64,000 bases of DNA from a virus, in UHGV virus genome UHGV-0176771. One strand, given 5' to 3'. Every line of letters starts with the position of its first letter. Positions within the stretch are counted from its first letter, which is position 1. The notes beneath the pieces are model-generated. The model did not search any database, was not told where the DNA came from, and saw nothing but the letters and a program-made list of their open reading frames with translations. Positions 50,194 through 60,095 of this stretch are shown here, one piece after another. The translations under genes and the position numbers were made by a program.

Positions 50194-52955
50194 TCATCGT
50201 CCTCCTCGTCTTTAATACCCATATCAAATTTAATTTCTGTTGTTTCTAGTGAAAACTTTTTCCCTGCAAAATCAATATCGCCATTTATATCTTGCGTTGG
50301 ATAAGTAACCTTGTAATTATTCCTTTTAAGAAGATTTGAGATAATCATATCTCCACATATATCCCATGCAAATTGCTTGCTAGATTTACTTTTTGAATAA
50401 CATAGATCTAAAACAATATCGCATAAATATTCTTCATTGGGGCACTGTTCTAAGCACCGCCGTTTAAAATCTTCTTTTAATGTATATTTTTGAATCTGTC
50501 TTTCGTCTGATTTTATTCTTTCAGATTTTGCAAACTGCATATAGTTTGAAAGTTCTTTTTTATAACTTTCATAAATCTTTTTAATTTTATTAAACAACTG
50601 CTTAGAATAGACAACATTGCATTTCATAATAGAGTAGTCAAAATCAGAATCATTGACGTATCTTAAATCAGAAAATTTGTTTTCAATAGCCCAACATATT
50701 TTGTTAATAGTACAAGGAGACATTCCTAAAGGCATTCTTTTGTAATAACATTGTATAAATTTCTCCTCATCAAGTGTCAAAGTTTCTTTTTCTAAAAGCT
50801 CATCAAGTGTGATTCTAAACTTCATAATACATTTTTCATTATTACGCTTAATATACTCTAACATCTTTGTTTTTTCTGCAGGATAAATGTATTGCATAAA
50901 ATACGGTTTTTTATCTGCAACAAGTTTTCTATTCATCCAGTATTTTTTCTTCTCAGAAGAACTCTTTCCGTTTGAAATTTTATTTGCAATCCAATTATAC
51001 CACTCACTCGGCATAGGTTTTGACTCAATGCCCTTGGTTTTGTCGATCGAGTTCTGCTGGTATAATTGTCCACATTTAATGCGGTAATCTAGGATTCTAT
51101 ATTCACGACTATCTTTTGGGAAATTTGCTTGAACTTCAAACATGGATGTAATTTTATTTGTAACGGCACCAACTGCATTTCCAAAACTATTGATGTTAGA
51201 CTTCATGATATCGTCTTCTGTGGGAATACATTTTGGTGCTTTCCGCTGTACACATACCACCGCTGGTAATTCTTGTGTTTTTTTAACAAGCAGCGGGAGA
51301 GAAGTATTGATTACACAGTCGCCATCCTTATCGAAGCCGTTCATAGCATCTGCACATGTATCCCAACTATTGAATATTGTTGGCGTTGTCATATATTTAT
51401 AGAACTCGTCCATCTTTTCGTTATGAACCACATTTAGTTTTCTAATATTATTATGAGAGGTCATTGGCGCTCTAAAACTTACAATTTTATCAACCCCTTT
51501 ATCAATCCAATATTTAGAATAAATTTCTCCGGATTTTAATAACCCTGTTACCTTTAAACCAAACATTGATTGACATAATGAATACGGATCACCAGACACT
51601 AAAGAATAATTTGCAGGAACATTTAAAACACCAACCTTGGCATCGTCAATTCTTTTTTTGATCATAGAATAAATTTGTGATTTGACAAATGGATCATTTT
51701 TCATTTCTGGTTCAATCATTAAAGCTGTAGAAAATGAATTATCTAAATTCTGAATGGTATTACTATTCAAACCAACACCTTTTGTATACAAAATTGTTTT
51801 TCTGTAATCATCCGATAGAATATCTTGAATTTCCGTAACAGTTGGCTCAATAAGTTCTTCAATTTCACCATCACTAAAATCATAACTTTGAAGAAATTGA
51901 TAATTCATCGTTCTAATATTTTCTAATTCTTTCTCAGAAGTTTTTGTAATAGCAAAACTATAATGATTTTTTTCACAATTGTCTAAGTAGTCTTCAATAG
52001 AAGAGTAGGAGTCCCATAATTTTAACATTGATTCTGTTAATACAAGTTCTATATCACTTACATTATAAGAATTACCCCAAACATCTGTGATAGTTTCTAT
52101 GTTGTGATCATAAGCAAACTTTTGAAAATCAATTGGGAAAATCGCTCCTTTACAAAATGAATTTCTTATTACACATCCTGGTAATAAAAAATCTTCGCCA
52201 ATTTCTTCGCCCCATCTTTTCATAAGTTCCGGCATAGCTAATCCATATCCGTCGCTGTCGTTTAATTCCATTTCTTTATCTTTTATATATTTCATACTTG
52301 GTTCTTCAAGATCTGTATCGTCTAATTCAATTATATCGGATTTAAAATGTGTAATACAATCATGCACAACAACGATTCCATTTGGATATGAGACAGGGGC
52401 AGAAGAACTACAGACTAAAGCATTATATGCTTCTAATTTGGCTGGAGAAAATTCTTTTGACATATTTCTTCCATTATCAATTCTTCTTTTTAATTCTGGT
52501 AATAATTTTTCGTTTACAAAAACAATTGTATTATTTTTAACTCCACCAGTAGTTCCAAGTAATCGTCTGTATGTAATTTTATTTATTTTAAAACCGTGTT
52601 TGTACATTTTGTAATAGTCTTTATTATTATCTATAACAACACATACATAATCTTTTTTAAATTGATAAGCATCTAATTCTTCATACAGTTTTTTAATTTT
52701 TGGTCTTGATACAGATAAATTCTTTTCATATTTCAAATTTTTAATTTTAGATTTTATATCTGAAATATGTAATTCAGGATTTGTTATTCCATTCAATTCA
52801 TCTATAAATCTCATCATTTGACTTTCGCTTAATGCAATTAATTCCTTGTTTTCTCGTGCTTGTTTTATTGATAGCTGCAAATCCCATTTTGCTCTTCTAA
52901 GACGAGAAGAATGTATTTTAAAAACGTATCTTTGTGATGCTAAATGTTTACTCAA
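50181..52955 (-). CDS. YonO-like single-subunit RNA polymerase candidate, homologous to the multisubunit RNAP beta-prime double-psi beta-barrel (924 aa)
   Basis: IVSFRAPMTSHNNIRKLNV...NGFDKDGDCVINTSLP mirrors the beta-prime catalytic region VLLNRAPTLHRLGIQAF...NADFDGDQMAVHVP (RAPxxH plus the DxDGD aspartate triad). Confidence 0.55.
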   Translation of the reverse strand: MSKHLASQRYVFKIHSSRLRRAKWDLQLSIKQARENKELIALSESQMMRFIDELNGITNPELHISDIKSKIKNLKYEKNLSVSRPKIKKLYEELDAYQFKKDYVCVVIDNNKDYYKMYKHGFKINKITYRRLLGTTGGVKNNTIVFVNEKLLPELKRRIDNGRNMSKEFSPAKLEAYNALVCSSSAPVSYPNGIVVVHDCITHFKSDIIELDDTDLEEPSMKYIKDKEMELNDSDGYGLAMPELMKRWGEEIGEDFLLPGCVIRNSFCKGAIFPIDFQKFAYDHNIETITDVWGNSYNVSDIELVLTESMLKLWDSYSSIEDYLDNCEKNHYSFAITKTSEKELENIRTMNYQFLQSYDFSDGEIEELIEPTVTEIQDILSDDYRKTILYTKGVGLNSNTIQNLDNSFSTALMIEPEMKNDPFVKSQIYSMIKKRIDDAKVGVLNVPANYSLVSGDPYSLCQSMFGLKVTGLLKSGEIYSKYWIDKGVDKIVSFRAPMTSHNNIRKLNVVHNEKMDEFYKYMTTPTIFNSWDTCADAMNGFDKDGDCVINTSLPLLVKKTQELPAVVCVQRKAPKCIPTEDDIMKSNINSFGNAVGAVTNKITSMFEVQANFPKDSREYRILDYRIKCGQLYQQNSIDKTKGIESKPMPSEWYNWIANKISNGKSSSEKKKYWMNRKLVADKKPYFMQYIYPAEKTKMLEYIKRNNEKCIMKFRITLDELLEKETLTLDEEKFIQCYYKRMPLGMSPCTINKICWAIENKFSDLRYVNDSDFDYSIMKCNVVYSKQLFNKIKKIYESYKKELSNYMQFAKSERIKSDERQIQKYTLKEDFKRRCLEQCPNEEYLCDIVLDLCYSKSKSSKQFAWDICGDMIISNLLKRNNYKVTYPTQDINGDIDFAGKKFSLETTEIKFDMGIKDEEDDEWLY

Positions 52956-53059
52956 TTATCCAATACCTCCAAAAATCTAATATTTTCATTTGTGTATTTT
53001 GTTTTAAGCTGCTCCTTATCATGTGTTCCATCATAACAATTGATGATTTCGTTTCCTAA

Positions 53060-54320
53060 TTTACAAGGTGAACTACCAACGAGCTAAAGCTCGATTGGTT
53101 TCCTAGTCAATATATCTAATGATACAAGTTTACCTAGGCTATCCTCGTAGTTCCTACGATTTTATTTTCGTTATATATTCTCAAACCTTCATTGAGAATA
53201 TTTATTGCTGCATTTATATCTCTTTCATGATGTGTTCCACAAACAGGGCAGGTCCATTCTCTGACTGATAATGTTTTCTTTCCATCTTTGTGTCCACAAT
53301 TAGAACAGATCTGACTGGATGGAAACCATGTGTTAATCTTAACAATTTCTCGCCCATACCAATCGGCCTTGTATTCTAATTGTCTTACAAATTCACTCCA
53401 TGATACATCAGCAATTGATTTTGCTAATTTATGATTACTCATCATATTTTTTACTTTAAGACTTTCTAAAGCTATGACTTGATTTTCGTTAATAATTTTC
53501 TTAGACAACTTATGTAAAAAATCTTTTCTTTGATTTGTAATCTTTTCATGCTGTTTTGCGACTTTAATTCTGCATTTTTCTCTGTTCTTACTTCCTTGCT
53601 TACAACGTGATAAATCCTTTTGTAACTTTCTTAACCTTTTTTCAGATTTTCTAAGATATTTTTGGTTTTGAATCATTTCACCAGCAGAAGTAATAGCAAA
53701 TTCTTTGATTCCAAGATCAATACCAATTTTATTATTAGATTGTGGTAATTTTTCTTGCTCTTTACAATTCACTAAAACTGAAACATAATATTTACCACTT
53801 GGAGTTTTAGAAACCGTAACAGATTTAATAACCCCTTCAAAATCTCTATGTCTCTTCACTTTGACTAATCCAATCTTAGGAAGTTTGATATATCTATCAG
53901 TTACATAAATATTTCCACCTTGATTATTAGTAGTATAAGAGTAATAATTATTCTTTTTACTTTTGAATTTAGGGGAACCCACTTCCGGTCTTTTGAAGAA
54001 ATTATTATATGCAGTTTGTAAATTCATCTGTGCATTTGCTAAAGCAAGAGAATCTACATCTTTTAACCAAGGAAATTCTTTTTTATACTGAGCAGGTGTA
54101 TTATTAAGTTTCTGTTTTGTTTCTTTATAATGCTCAATCTTATCTGAAAGCATACGATTATAGATGAACCGTACACATCCAAAACATTTTGCAAAATATT
54201 CTTGTTGTTCTTTATTAGGATATAATCTATACTTATACGCTTTTAACATCTATAATCACTTCCTTTTAGTTATATATTCTCCGTTATTCATCCCGTCAGC
54301 TAAAGCTAATAGGATTTATG
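53060..54320 (-). mobile_element. IS200/IS605-family element, TnpB-only (IS1341-like), with subterminal hairpins
   Basis: tnpB ORF plus imperfect palindromes CGAGCTAAAGCTCG (53080-53093) and AGCTAAAGCT (54298-54307) near either end. No tnpA seen. Confidence 0.5.
53134..54249 (-). CDS. tnpB: TnpB (IS605 OrfB family, RuvC-like RNA-guided nuclease)
   Basis: [16 protein letters not shown]-terminus. C-terminal CSNCGH...[18 protein letters not shown] zinc-finger/RuvC-III block. Confidence 0.85.
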   Translation of the reverse strand: MLKAYKYRLYPNKEQQEYFAKCFGCVRFIYNRMLSDKIEHYKETKQKLNNTPAQYKKEFPWLKDVDSLALANAQMNLQTAYNNFFKRPEVGSPKFKSKKNNYYSYTTNNQGGNIYVTDRYIKLPKIGLVKVKRHRDFEGVIKSVTVSKTPSGKYYVSVLVNCKEQEKLPQSNNKIGIDLGIKEFAITSAGEMIQNQKYLRKSEKRLRKLQKDLSRCKQGSKNREKCRIKVAKQHEKITNQRKDFLHKLSKKIINENQVIALESLKVKNMMSNHKLAKSIADVSWSEFVRQLEYKADWYGREIVKINTWFPSSQICSNCGHKDGKKTLSVREWTCPVCGTHHERDINAAINILNEGLRIYNENKIVGTTRIA

Positions 54321-54358
54321 ACTAATTTTTTTAAATAACGAAGACCTCACTTTCAAAT

Positions 54359-54586
54359 TTATTTTCTATTTTCTTCTGCAAATTTCTTGATATAATAGTT
54401 ATTGTGCATAGCCTTTGACCAATTGATTGCTTTAGCAATTTTCTTGATTTTTGTTCCACCTTCTGCACATCCTCCGGTACTGAAATCACCAATGGTGATA
54501 TTATCAATCAGATATTTGTGAAATTCACTCCGATTTGGAATCTGAAGATTATGGCTTCCTGGTGTTACATATGTACTTTTTTTCAT
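54359..54586 (-). CDS. Hypothetical small protein (75 aa)
   Basis: ORF downstream of the helicase. Confidence 0.3.
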   Translation of the reverse strand: MKKSTYVTPGSHNLQIPNRSEFHKYLIDNITIGDFSTGGCAEGGTKIKKIAKAINWSKAMHNNYYIKKFAEENRK

Positions 54587-55034
54587 AAATTAAATCTCCT
54601 CTATTTTCAAAAATTTTATCTGTCATTGGACTCGCTCCTTTATTTGAAGTGATGACTATTGGTTTCATATACTAATTCTCTCTTTATTATTTTGACTATT
54701 AACAAATTGCATCATGTCTGCTATAATTACTCTCGATCTCTTTTGGATTAGAGCAGCAACCAGGAACGATCGATTCTGACTTGCCGCAATAATCCAAAGC
54801 AACCGCGGATGAAACATCCGCAAAATAACTTATGCAGTGGAAGATATTTTCTAGGGATATCTTCGCTGCAATTTTAATGTGATAGAAAATATAATTATGT
54901 TTTCATTCACATAACTCCTTTCTTTAAATGAAATTTGGTTTTTAAGTTACAAATTGCTAAATAATGTTTATTGAATGTGTGGACATATTTTAATTCACCA
55001 TTTAAAAACAACGTGTATAAAGTAGGATTACTTA

Positions 55035-56912
55035 TTATTCACCACTTATTTTTTCGTTTTTTATGATTTTAATTGTGTCTTCAATATCTTTAATAAAAGA
55101 ACTTATCAATTTTGTTTGACCATTATATAAATCAACATATGATAGATATAATTCTTTTTCTGCTCTTGTAATTGCGACATAGAATAGCCTACGTTCATCA
55201 TCAACATTTTCATTCTTATAGTGTGGCAGAATCTCTTCATTGCATCCAATGATAAACACGACAGGATATTCCATGCCTTTTGACTTATGAATTGTAAGTA
55301 ATTTGACCTTATCATTATCTTTATTTTCAATTTCCGTATTTAACTCATCTATGTATGAAACAAATTCTTTAATAGAAGAGTATTTAGAACAAATATTTTC
55401 AAAACTATTAAGGTTGTCGATTTGTTCAATATAACTTCCATCATCTGATTGTTTCCCTTTTGTAACAAATTTATCAATGCTTAATCTATTTCTCAAAAAT
55501 CTTACTAAATCTGAAATGTTAGAATTCTGATTGTTTTGTAAATAATTTATTACTTCAATAATTTCATCGATCCCTTTTTTAAATCTCCAATTTCTCCTGT
55601 CAATCGTAAACATTGAATTGTATAATGATATATTTTTTTTAAAACTGTTATCTGTTACTTCTTTTAAAAATTTTTTATCTAGCCATCGATTTGGTTTATT
55701 GTATATATAAGAAAATGATTCATTATCATTTGTGTTTAACGCAAGTTTAAAGTAAGAAATTATCAATTTGATTTCTGGTAATTCTGTAAAAGTTTTACCA
55801 TCGACAATTTCAAATGCTATATCTTCATCATGCAACGTTGACTCTAGTTTTTGTAATTGAGCATTTGTTCTGGCAAGGATAGCGATGTCGTTGTAATCGT
55901 ATCCTTTAAATTTTAATTCTCCTATTTTTGATGCAACCCATAAACATTCTTCATAATCATCAGAAAAATGTCTTAACTCAGGAATTTGAAAATTTCCTTT
56001 ATATGAAATACTCTCTACGTAATTTTTGTGTTGAGAATCAGGAATGCTTAACGCAAGTTTATTTGCTGTAGATACAATATCTTTGCTACATCTATAATTT
56101 GTATTTAGATTAATAACTTTTACATCTTTATAATCAGTATCAAAATTTAGAATAAATCTGCTATCACCACCTCTAAATGAATAAATAGCTTGAAGAGGAT
56201 CACCAACGATCATTGTATTTTTTGTGTTCAATTTTCTTAAAAGTAATGCTTGAGAAATTGAAATATCCTGAAATTCATCAACTAATATATACTGAAAAAT
56301 ATTTCGATACTTTTCTAAAGTATAATAATCAGTATCAAAAATTTTATTTGCCATGTTCAAAAAATCATCAAACTCAATAAGTGAATTGATTTCTTTATAC
56401 TTTTCATAAGTTTTGTATATTTGTCTCATATCCTCTTCTTTAAATGGGATATCAGGAGTGTAAATTAAATCATCATTTGGCATTTTCATGTTATTTTTCT
56501 GCAATGCAATAAACGATGTAATTTCGTTGTATGGAACATTATCAGAATCACAAAGTAACAAAGAGTCGCTACAAATCCATTTTATTGTTTTCTCTTTTTC
56601 CCATGAAGCTGTCCATATTTTAAATTTTTTGATTCCATACACAGAGGAGATGATCTTCAATGCAAATGAATGAAAAGTTTCTACATATACATTCGATATA
56701 TTAAGACCCATTAGTTTTTCGATTATATTCTCTTTTGCTTTTTTACTAAAGGTAATTGCCAGGATAGAAGATGGTAATATATTATGTTCTTCAACCATTT
56801 TTTTGATTCTATTCGTAAGAACAGTTGTTTTCCCGGAACCGGCAGATGCAATAACTGCCACGTTTCCTTCTATTGTGTTAATAGTTTCTTCTTGTTGTTT
56901 ATTAAAATTCAT
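55035..56912 (-). CDS. UvrD/PcrA/Rep-like SF1 helicase (625 aa)
   Basis: Walker A ASAGSGKTTVL, VDEFQD (motif II), TIHKSKGMEYPVVF (motif VI-like). Confidence 0.8.
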   Translation of the reverse strand: MNFNKQQEETINTIEGNVAVIASAGSGKTTVLTNRIKKMVEEHNILPSSILAITFSKKAKENIIEKLMGLNISNVYVETFHSFALKIISSVYGIKKFKIWTASWEKEKTIKWICSDSLLLCDSDNVPYNEITSFIALQKNNMKMPNDDLIYTPDIPFKEEDMRQIYKTYEKYKEINSLIEFDDFLNMANKIFDTDYYTLEKYRNIFQYILVDEFQDISISQALLLRKLNTKNTMIVGDPLQAIYSFRGGDSRFILNFDTDYKDVKVINLNTNYRCSKDIVSTANKLALSIPDSQHKNYVESISYKGNFQIPELRHFSDDYEECLWVASKIGELKFKGYDYNDIAILARTNAQLQKLESTLHDEDIAFEIVDGKTFTELPEIKLIISYFKLALNTNDNESFSYIYNKPNRWLDKKFLKEVTDNSFKKNISLYNSMFTIDRRNWRFKKGIDEIIEVINYLQNNQNSNISDLVRFLRNRLSIDKFVTKGKQSDDGSYIEQIDNLNSFENICSKYSSIKEFVSYIDELNTEIENKDNDKVKLLTIHKSKGMEYPVVFIIGCNEEILPHYKNENVDDERRLFYVAITRAEKELYLSYVDLYNGQTKLISSFIKDIEDTIKIIKNEKISGE

Positions 56913-56916
56913 ATAT

Positions 56917-58023
56917 CTATTTTTTTCCTTTCTTTGATGATGTGATTTTTAAGGTATAATTATCGTCAATTGTTTTTTCTCTTATTCTGTTTCCAAGATA
57001 TTCTGTATTTTTATCAATCGTTATTTCGCATAAATTTTGAAAACATAAGCTGTAGTCATTCTTTTCGGCATAAGAAAAATATTTATCCGGATTTTTATCA
57101 AATCTTTTTTCTGCATTTCCAACCAACAAATCTGTAAACTCTTTATTGAATTCACTTATTAAATTATTCATTTTGAATTTACCAAACTGTTTTAATATAA
57201 AATTACATTTATTAAGATCTACATAATATGCTTCATATGTTTTGAAAACACATTTGATTTTCTTTTTATATAGTTCTTTCTTTAATACTTCTCCAAATAA
57301 TTTTGATTTTTTACTATAATATCGTTCTCCAGCATTTTCTATTTTTGCTGCTTTATCAGCAATTGAAACACAATGAGAGTAGTAGTTCATTTCATCTTCA
57401 GATGCTTGATGACTATCAATAGAAATATCAACGTGTATATTCCCACTTTCATCAATAATATTTTTACCGCTTGATATTTCTTCGTTTACTCTATAAACTT
57501 CTCTCCAGATAACTAATCCTGCAGATTTTAAATAATCAAGTGCATTTGTTATGTACCATTCAATCATGTCGTCTGCTTTGTCATAAAATTCATTAATGGT
57601 ATCAAGAGAGCATTGTGTTTCTTTACTAGTGTCTTCTTTGTTGTATTTAACAAGGTTGTAATTTTTGTTTACCATATTTATTTCTCTAGCCCATTTACCG
57701 ACAGTAATATCAATTTTATTATTCTCATCGTGACCATTAATCAGATTGGTAAGTAATAGTGGTACAATATATTGATACAAGGATTTTGTCATCTTATTGA
57801 AATTTGATGGGAGAGGATAGTCATATACTTTTGTGATTCTATATGTTCTGTCACCTAAATCTTCAATGTTACAATATCGAGACATTTTTGTAAGTAAAGT
57901 CTTTTTATAGTTACCAATGAATCTACCATATTCTTTATAAGATTTTTTTTGTGCATCACTTCCGTATAAATCTACTAACTTTTTTTCTGAAATTTTTCCT
58001 TTTTTGATATTTAATTTGTTCAT
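56917..58023 (-). CDS. Hypothetical protein (368 aa) co-transcribed with the UvrD-like helicase (4-nt spacing)
   Basis: ORF. Basic N-terminus, no recognisable catalytic motif. Confidence 0.45.
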   Translation of the reverse strand: MNKLNIKKGKISEKKLVDLYGSDAQKKSYKEYGRFIGNYKKTLLTKMSRYCNIEDLGDRTYRITKVYDYPLPSNFNKMTKSLYQYIVPLLLTNLINGHDENNKIDITVGKWAREINMVNKNYNLVKYNKEDTSKETQCSLDTINEFYDKADDMIEWYITNALDYLKSAGLVIWREVYRVNEEISSGKNIIDESGNIHVDISIDSHQASEDEMNYYSHCVSIADKAAKIENAGERYYSKKSKLFGEVLKKELYKKKIKCVFKTYEAYYVDLNKCNFILKQFGKFKMNNLISEFNKEFTDLLVGNAEKRFDKNPDKYFSYAEKNDYSLCFQNLCEITIDKNTEYLGNRIREKTIDDNYTLKITSSKKGKK

Positions 58024-58081
58024 GTGTTTTCTCCTTAAATTAGTTTTTTTTCATTTTTTGCGCACCTAAAATGTCAATTTC

Positions 58082-58104
58082 CCCAGTGTTTATAAGGGTT
58101 TACA
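58082..58104. repeat. Copy B of the 23-bp motif CCCAGTGTTTATAAGGGTTTACA
   Basis: Identical to the copy at 58182-58204, exactly 100 bp away. Confidence 0.6.
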
Positions 58105-58126
58105 GAGTTTTCGCATCATTCCATTT

Positions 58127-58154
58127 CTCCCTAATATATATATAATATAGGGAG
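58127..58154. promoter_or_regulatory. AT-rich perfect-armed palindrome CTCCCTAATATATATATAATATAGGGAG between the two identical 23-bp repeats
   Basis: 7-bp arms CTCCCTA/TAGGGAG around an (AT)n core. Sits 100-130 bp upstream of the 368-aa/helicase operon. Confidence 0.45.
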
Positions 58155-58181
58155 ACTTTGAATGATGTTTTTCGTCACAAA

Positions 58182-58204
58182 CCCAGTGTTTATAAGGGTT
58201 TACA
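58182..58204. repeat. Copy C of the 23-bp motif CCCAGTGTTTATAAGGGTTTACA
   Basis: Identical to copy B. Confidence 0.6.
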
Positions 58205-58721
58205 AGGATTTTAGTTGAAAAAAATTATCTCTTTTATCCATAAAATAGTACGCAAAGGGGGTCTGGGGGAAATGCAAAAAAGATCATAATTCATTTAGTC
58301 GCACTAGCTGGTTGTGAGCCTTGGCGAACAAGCTGCGTAGTAAGACTTATGAATTTGGTCTTCTTTCCCCCAGTTAATAATTCTCTCTTTATAAATAATT
58401 TTTATATAAATTTGTAATTACTTATATATAGAGAGATCTAGGTAATATTGGATCCACTTCAGAAAGAGCCGCAAGCGACCCTTTCTTCGTGTCTCCGTTT
58501 CACTTTGCTTCGCAAAGTCTTTGCTGACGCAAAGATACAATTTAAATTGAAATAGAAAAAAATTTTTTATAATTTCTTCATATCGTTTCTCTTTTTATTA
58601 AAAATATTTTAACGGCTTCTTTATTTCATACATTTATTCTCTTATCAATATAAAAATATCTGTGAAAACTTACACTGTTGTGTTATTATATAAATATCAA
58701 AAGAAGTAGGAGAGTAGCGCT

Positions 58722-59237
58722 ATGAGTTTTTTAGATGAATTGAATGAAATATCAAAAACACCGGAAGAAGCTGCTGCAGAAAAGAAGATAGAATCATATA
58801 ATGATGGAAAGAAATGGGCGATAAGCACAATAGATCATATTAAAAATGTGATCAGAGAAAAGGCTAAAAATGGAGATTACGAAACAATATGTGGAAAAAA
58901 ATATATGAAATTTTATGCTGACGATTTATATCCATCTAGTTATTTATTTGGAAAATATAAGAAATATGAATATAGAGAGAATGTTGGATTTTTTAATCGA
59001 CAAGGTGATTATCGTGTGAGAGTATATTATAATATATACGATCAGGATTATTATTATGGATATATGGATACACTCAACCAGTTGTCTAAAAAAGAAAATA
59101 TTAAAGCAGAAGTAGTTGGTGTGTTTGAAGATTCGACACATAAAATTGAATTTGATCCATTAGAGGGGATTATTCTTGAAAGAAAGGTGTTTGATATTGA
59201 TTTTTCAATAAGATTAAAATGTAGCATCGAATTTTAA
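58722..59237 (+). CDS. Hypothetical protein (171 aa)
   Basis: ORF with AGGAG RBS (gtaggagagtagcgctATG). Confidence 0.45.
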   Translation: MSFLDELNEISKTPEEAAAEKKIESYNDGKKWAISTIDHIKNVIREKAKNGDYETICGKKYMKFYADDLYPSSYLFGKYKKYEYRENVGFFNRQGDYRVRVYYNIYDQDYYYGYMDTLNQLSKKENIKAEVVGVFEDSTHKIEFDPLEGIILERKVFDIDFSIRLKCSIEF

Positions 59238-59357
59238 TTTGTAGAAAATGCTTGTTATTTGTCGAAACATCTGATATTATAAATACATAGTTGCTTAAGA
59301 GAAAGCAGTTTGGTTTTCACTCCCCTTCGTGAAATCAGCCGCTTTCTCTTTTTTTGT

Positions 59358-60095
59358 TTAAGGAACTAACCAGTTACTTTCTGGTTTTGCAATCAGTCTA
59401 GCATTGTTGTAAGCCATTTCCATCGTAAGACAGGTATGACCTTGATATACATTATTGACTTTTGTAACAACAAGAGCCAAATCAGGAATGGATTCATCTA
59501 CTAAACATAGAGGAAGAAGTAATTGTATTTTACCGTTAAAGTATTGTGGAACCGCTATTTTATAGTTTGCTGTTACTTTCTTCACCATTGTATCAATAGC
59601 ACCTTTAAATATAGAATGAATATTTTTGCTATTAACGATTTCTTTCGGAATTCTGTTTCTATTATCTTCATCATCATAAATGTGTTTAAACTGCACGTTA
59701 ATTTTACAGTTTACATCAAATACAAGTTGTGACGGATCCTGAAAGTAATTTGCTCTTTCCGGCAATTCTGTGATACCAAGATTCCCTAAATCATAAGATG
59801 TGGAAAATGATTTAAACCACCAATCTTGTTTACTATCAGACAAATTTTTTTCAGCATAAATATATATCGGCTCATAATATGGTGTAAATAATCCAGTGTT
59901 GATAATACAGTAGTTGTCTGTTGTCATAATCTTATTTTCTTCTTCTAATTTTTTTGTGGTATACTTTAAGTAATTTTTCAAAATAAGGTTATTTGTTTTT
60001 TCATGAAAATTCCAGTTTTCATCTGTCATATTTGCTAAATATTCTATCTTAGCATCATAATCTCCCCAAACCATAAAATCGTATAATTCCTCCAT
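59358..60095 (-). CDS. Hypothetical protein (245 aa)
   Basis: ORF convergent with the 171-aa gene. Confidence 0.45.
   Translation of the reverse strand: MEELYDFMVWGDYDAKIEYLANMTDENWNFHEKTNNLILKNYLKYTTKKLEEENKIMTTDNYCIINTGLFTPYYEPIYIYAEKNLSDSKQDWWFKSFSTSYDLGNLGITELPERANYFQDPSQLVFDVNCKINVQFKHIYDDEDNRNRIPKEIVNSKNIHSIFKGAIDTMVKKVTANYKIAVPQYFNGKIQLLLPLCLVDESIPDLALVVTKVNNVYQGHTCLTMEMAYNNARLIAKPESNWLVP

Noticed and set aside
58082-58204. CRISPR array hypothesis for the repeated 23-mers
   Set aside because: Only two identical copies plus one distant degenerate copy. Spacer 77 bp containing a palindrome. No cas genes. Not CRISPR-like.
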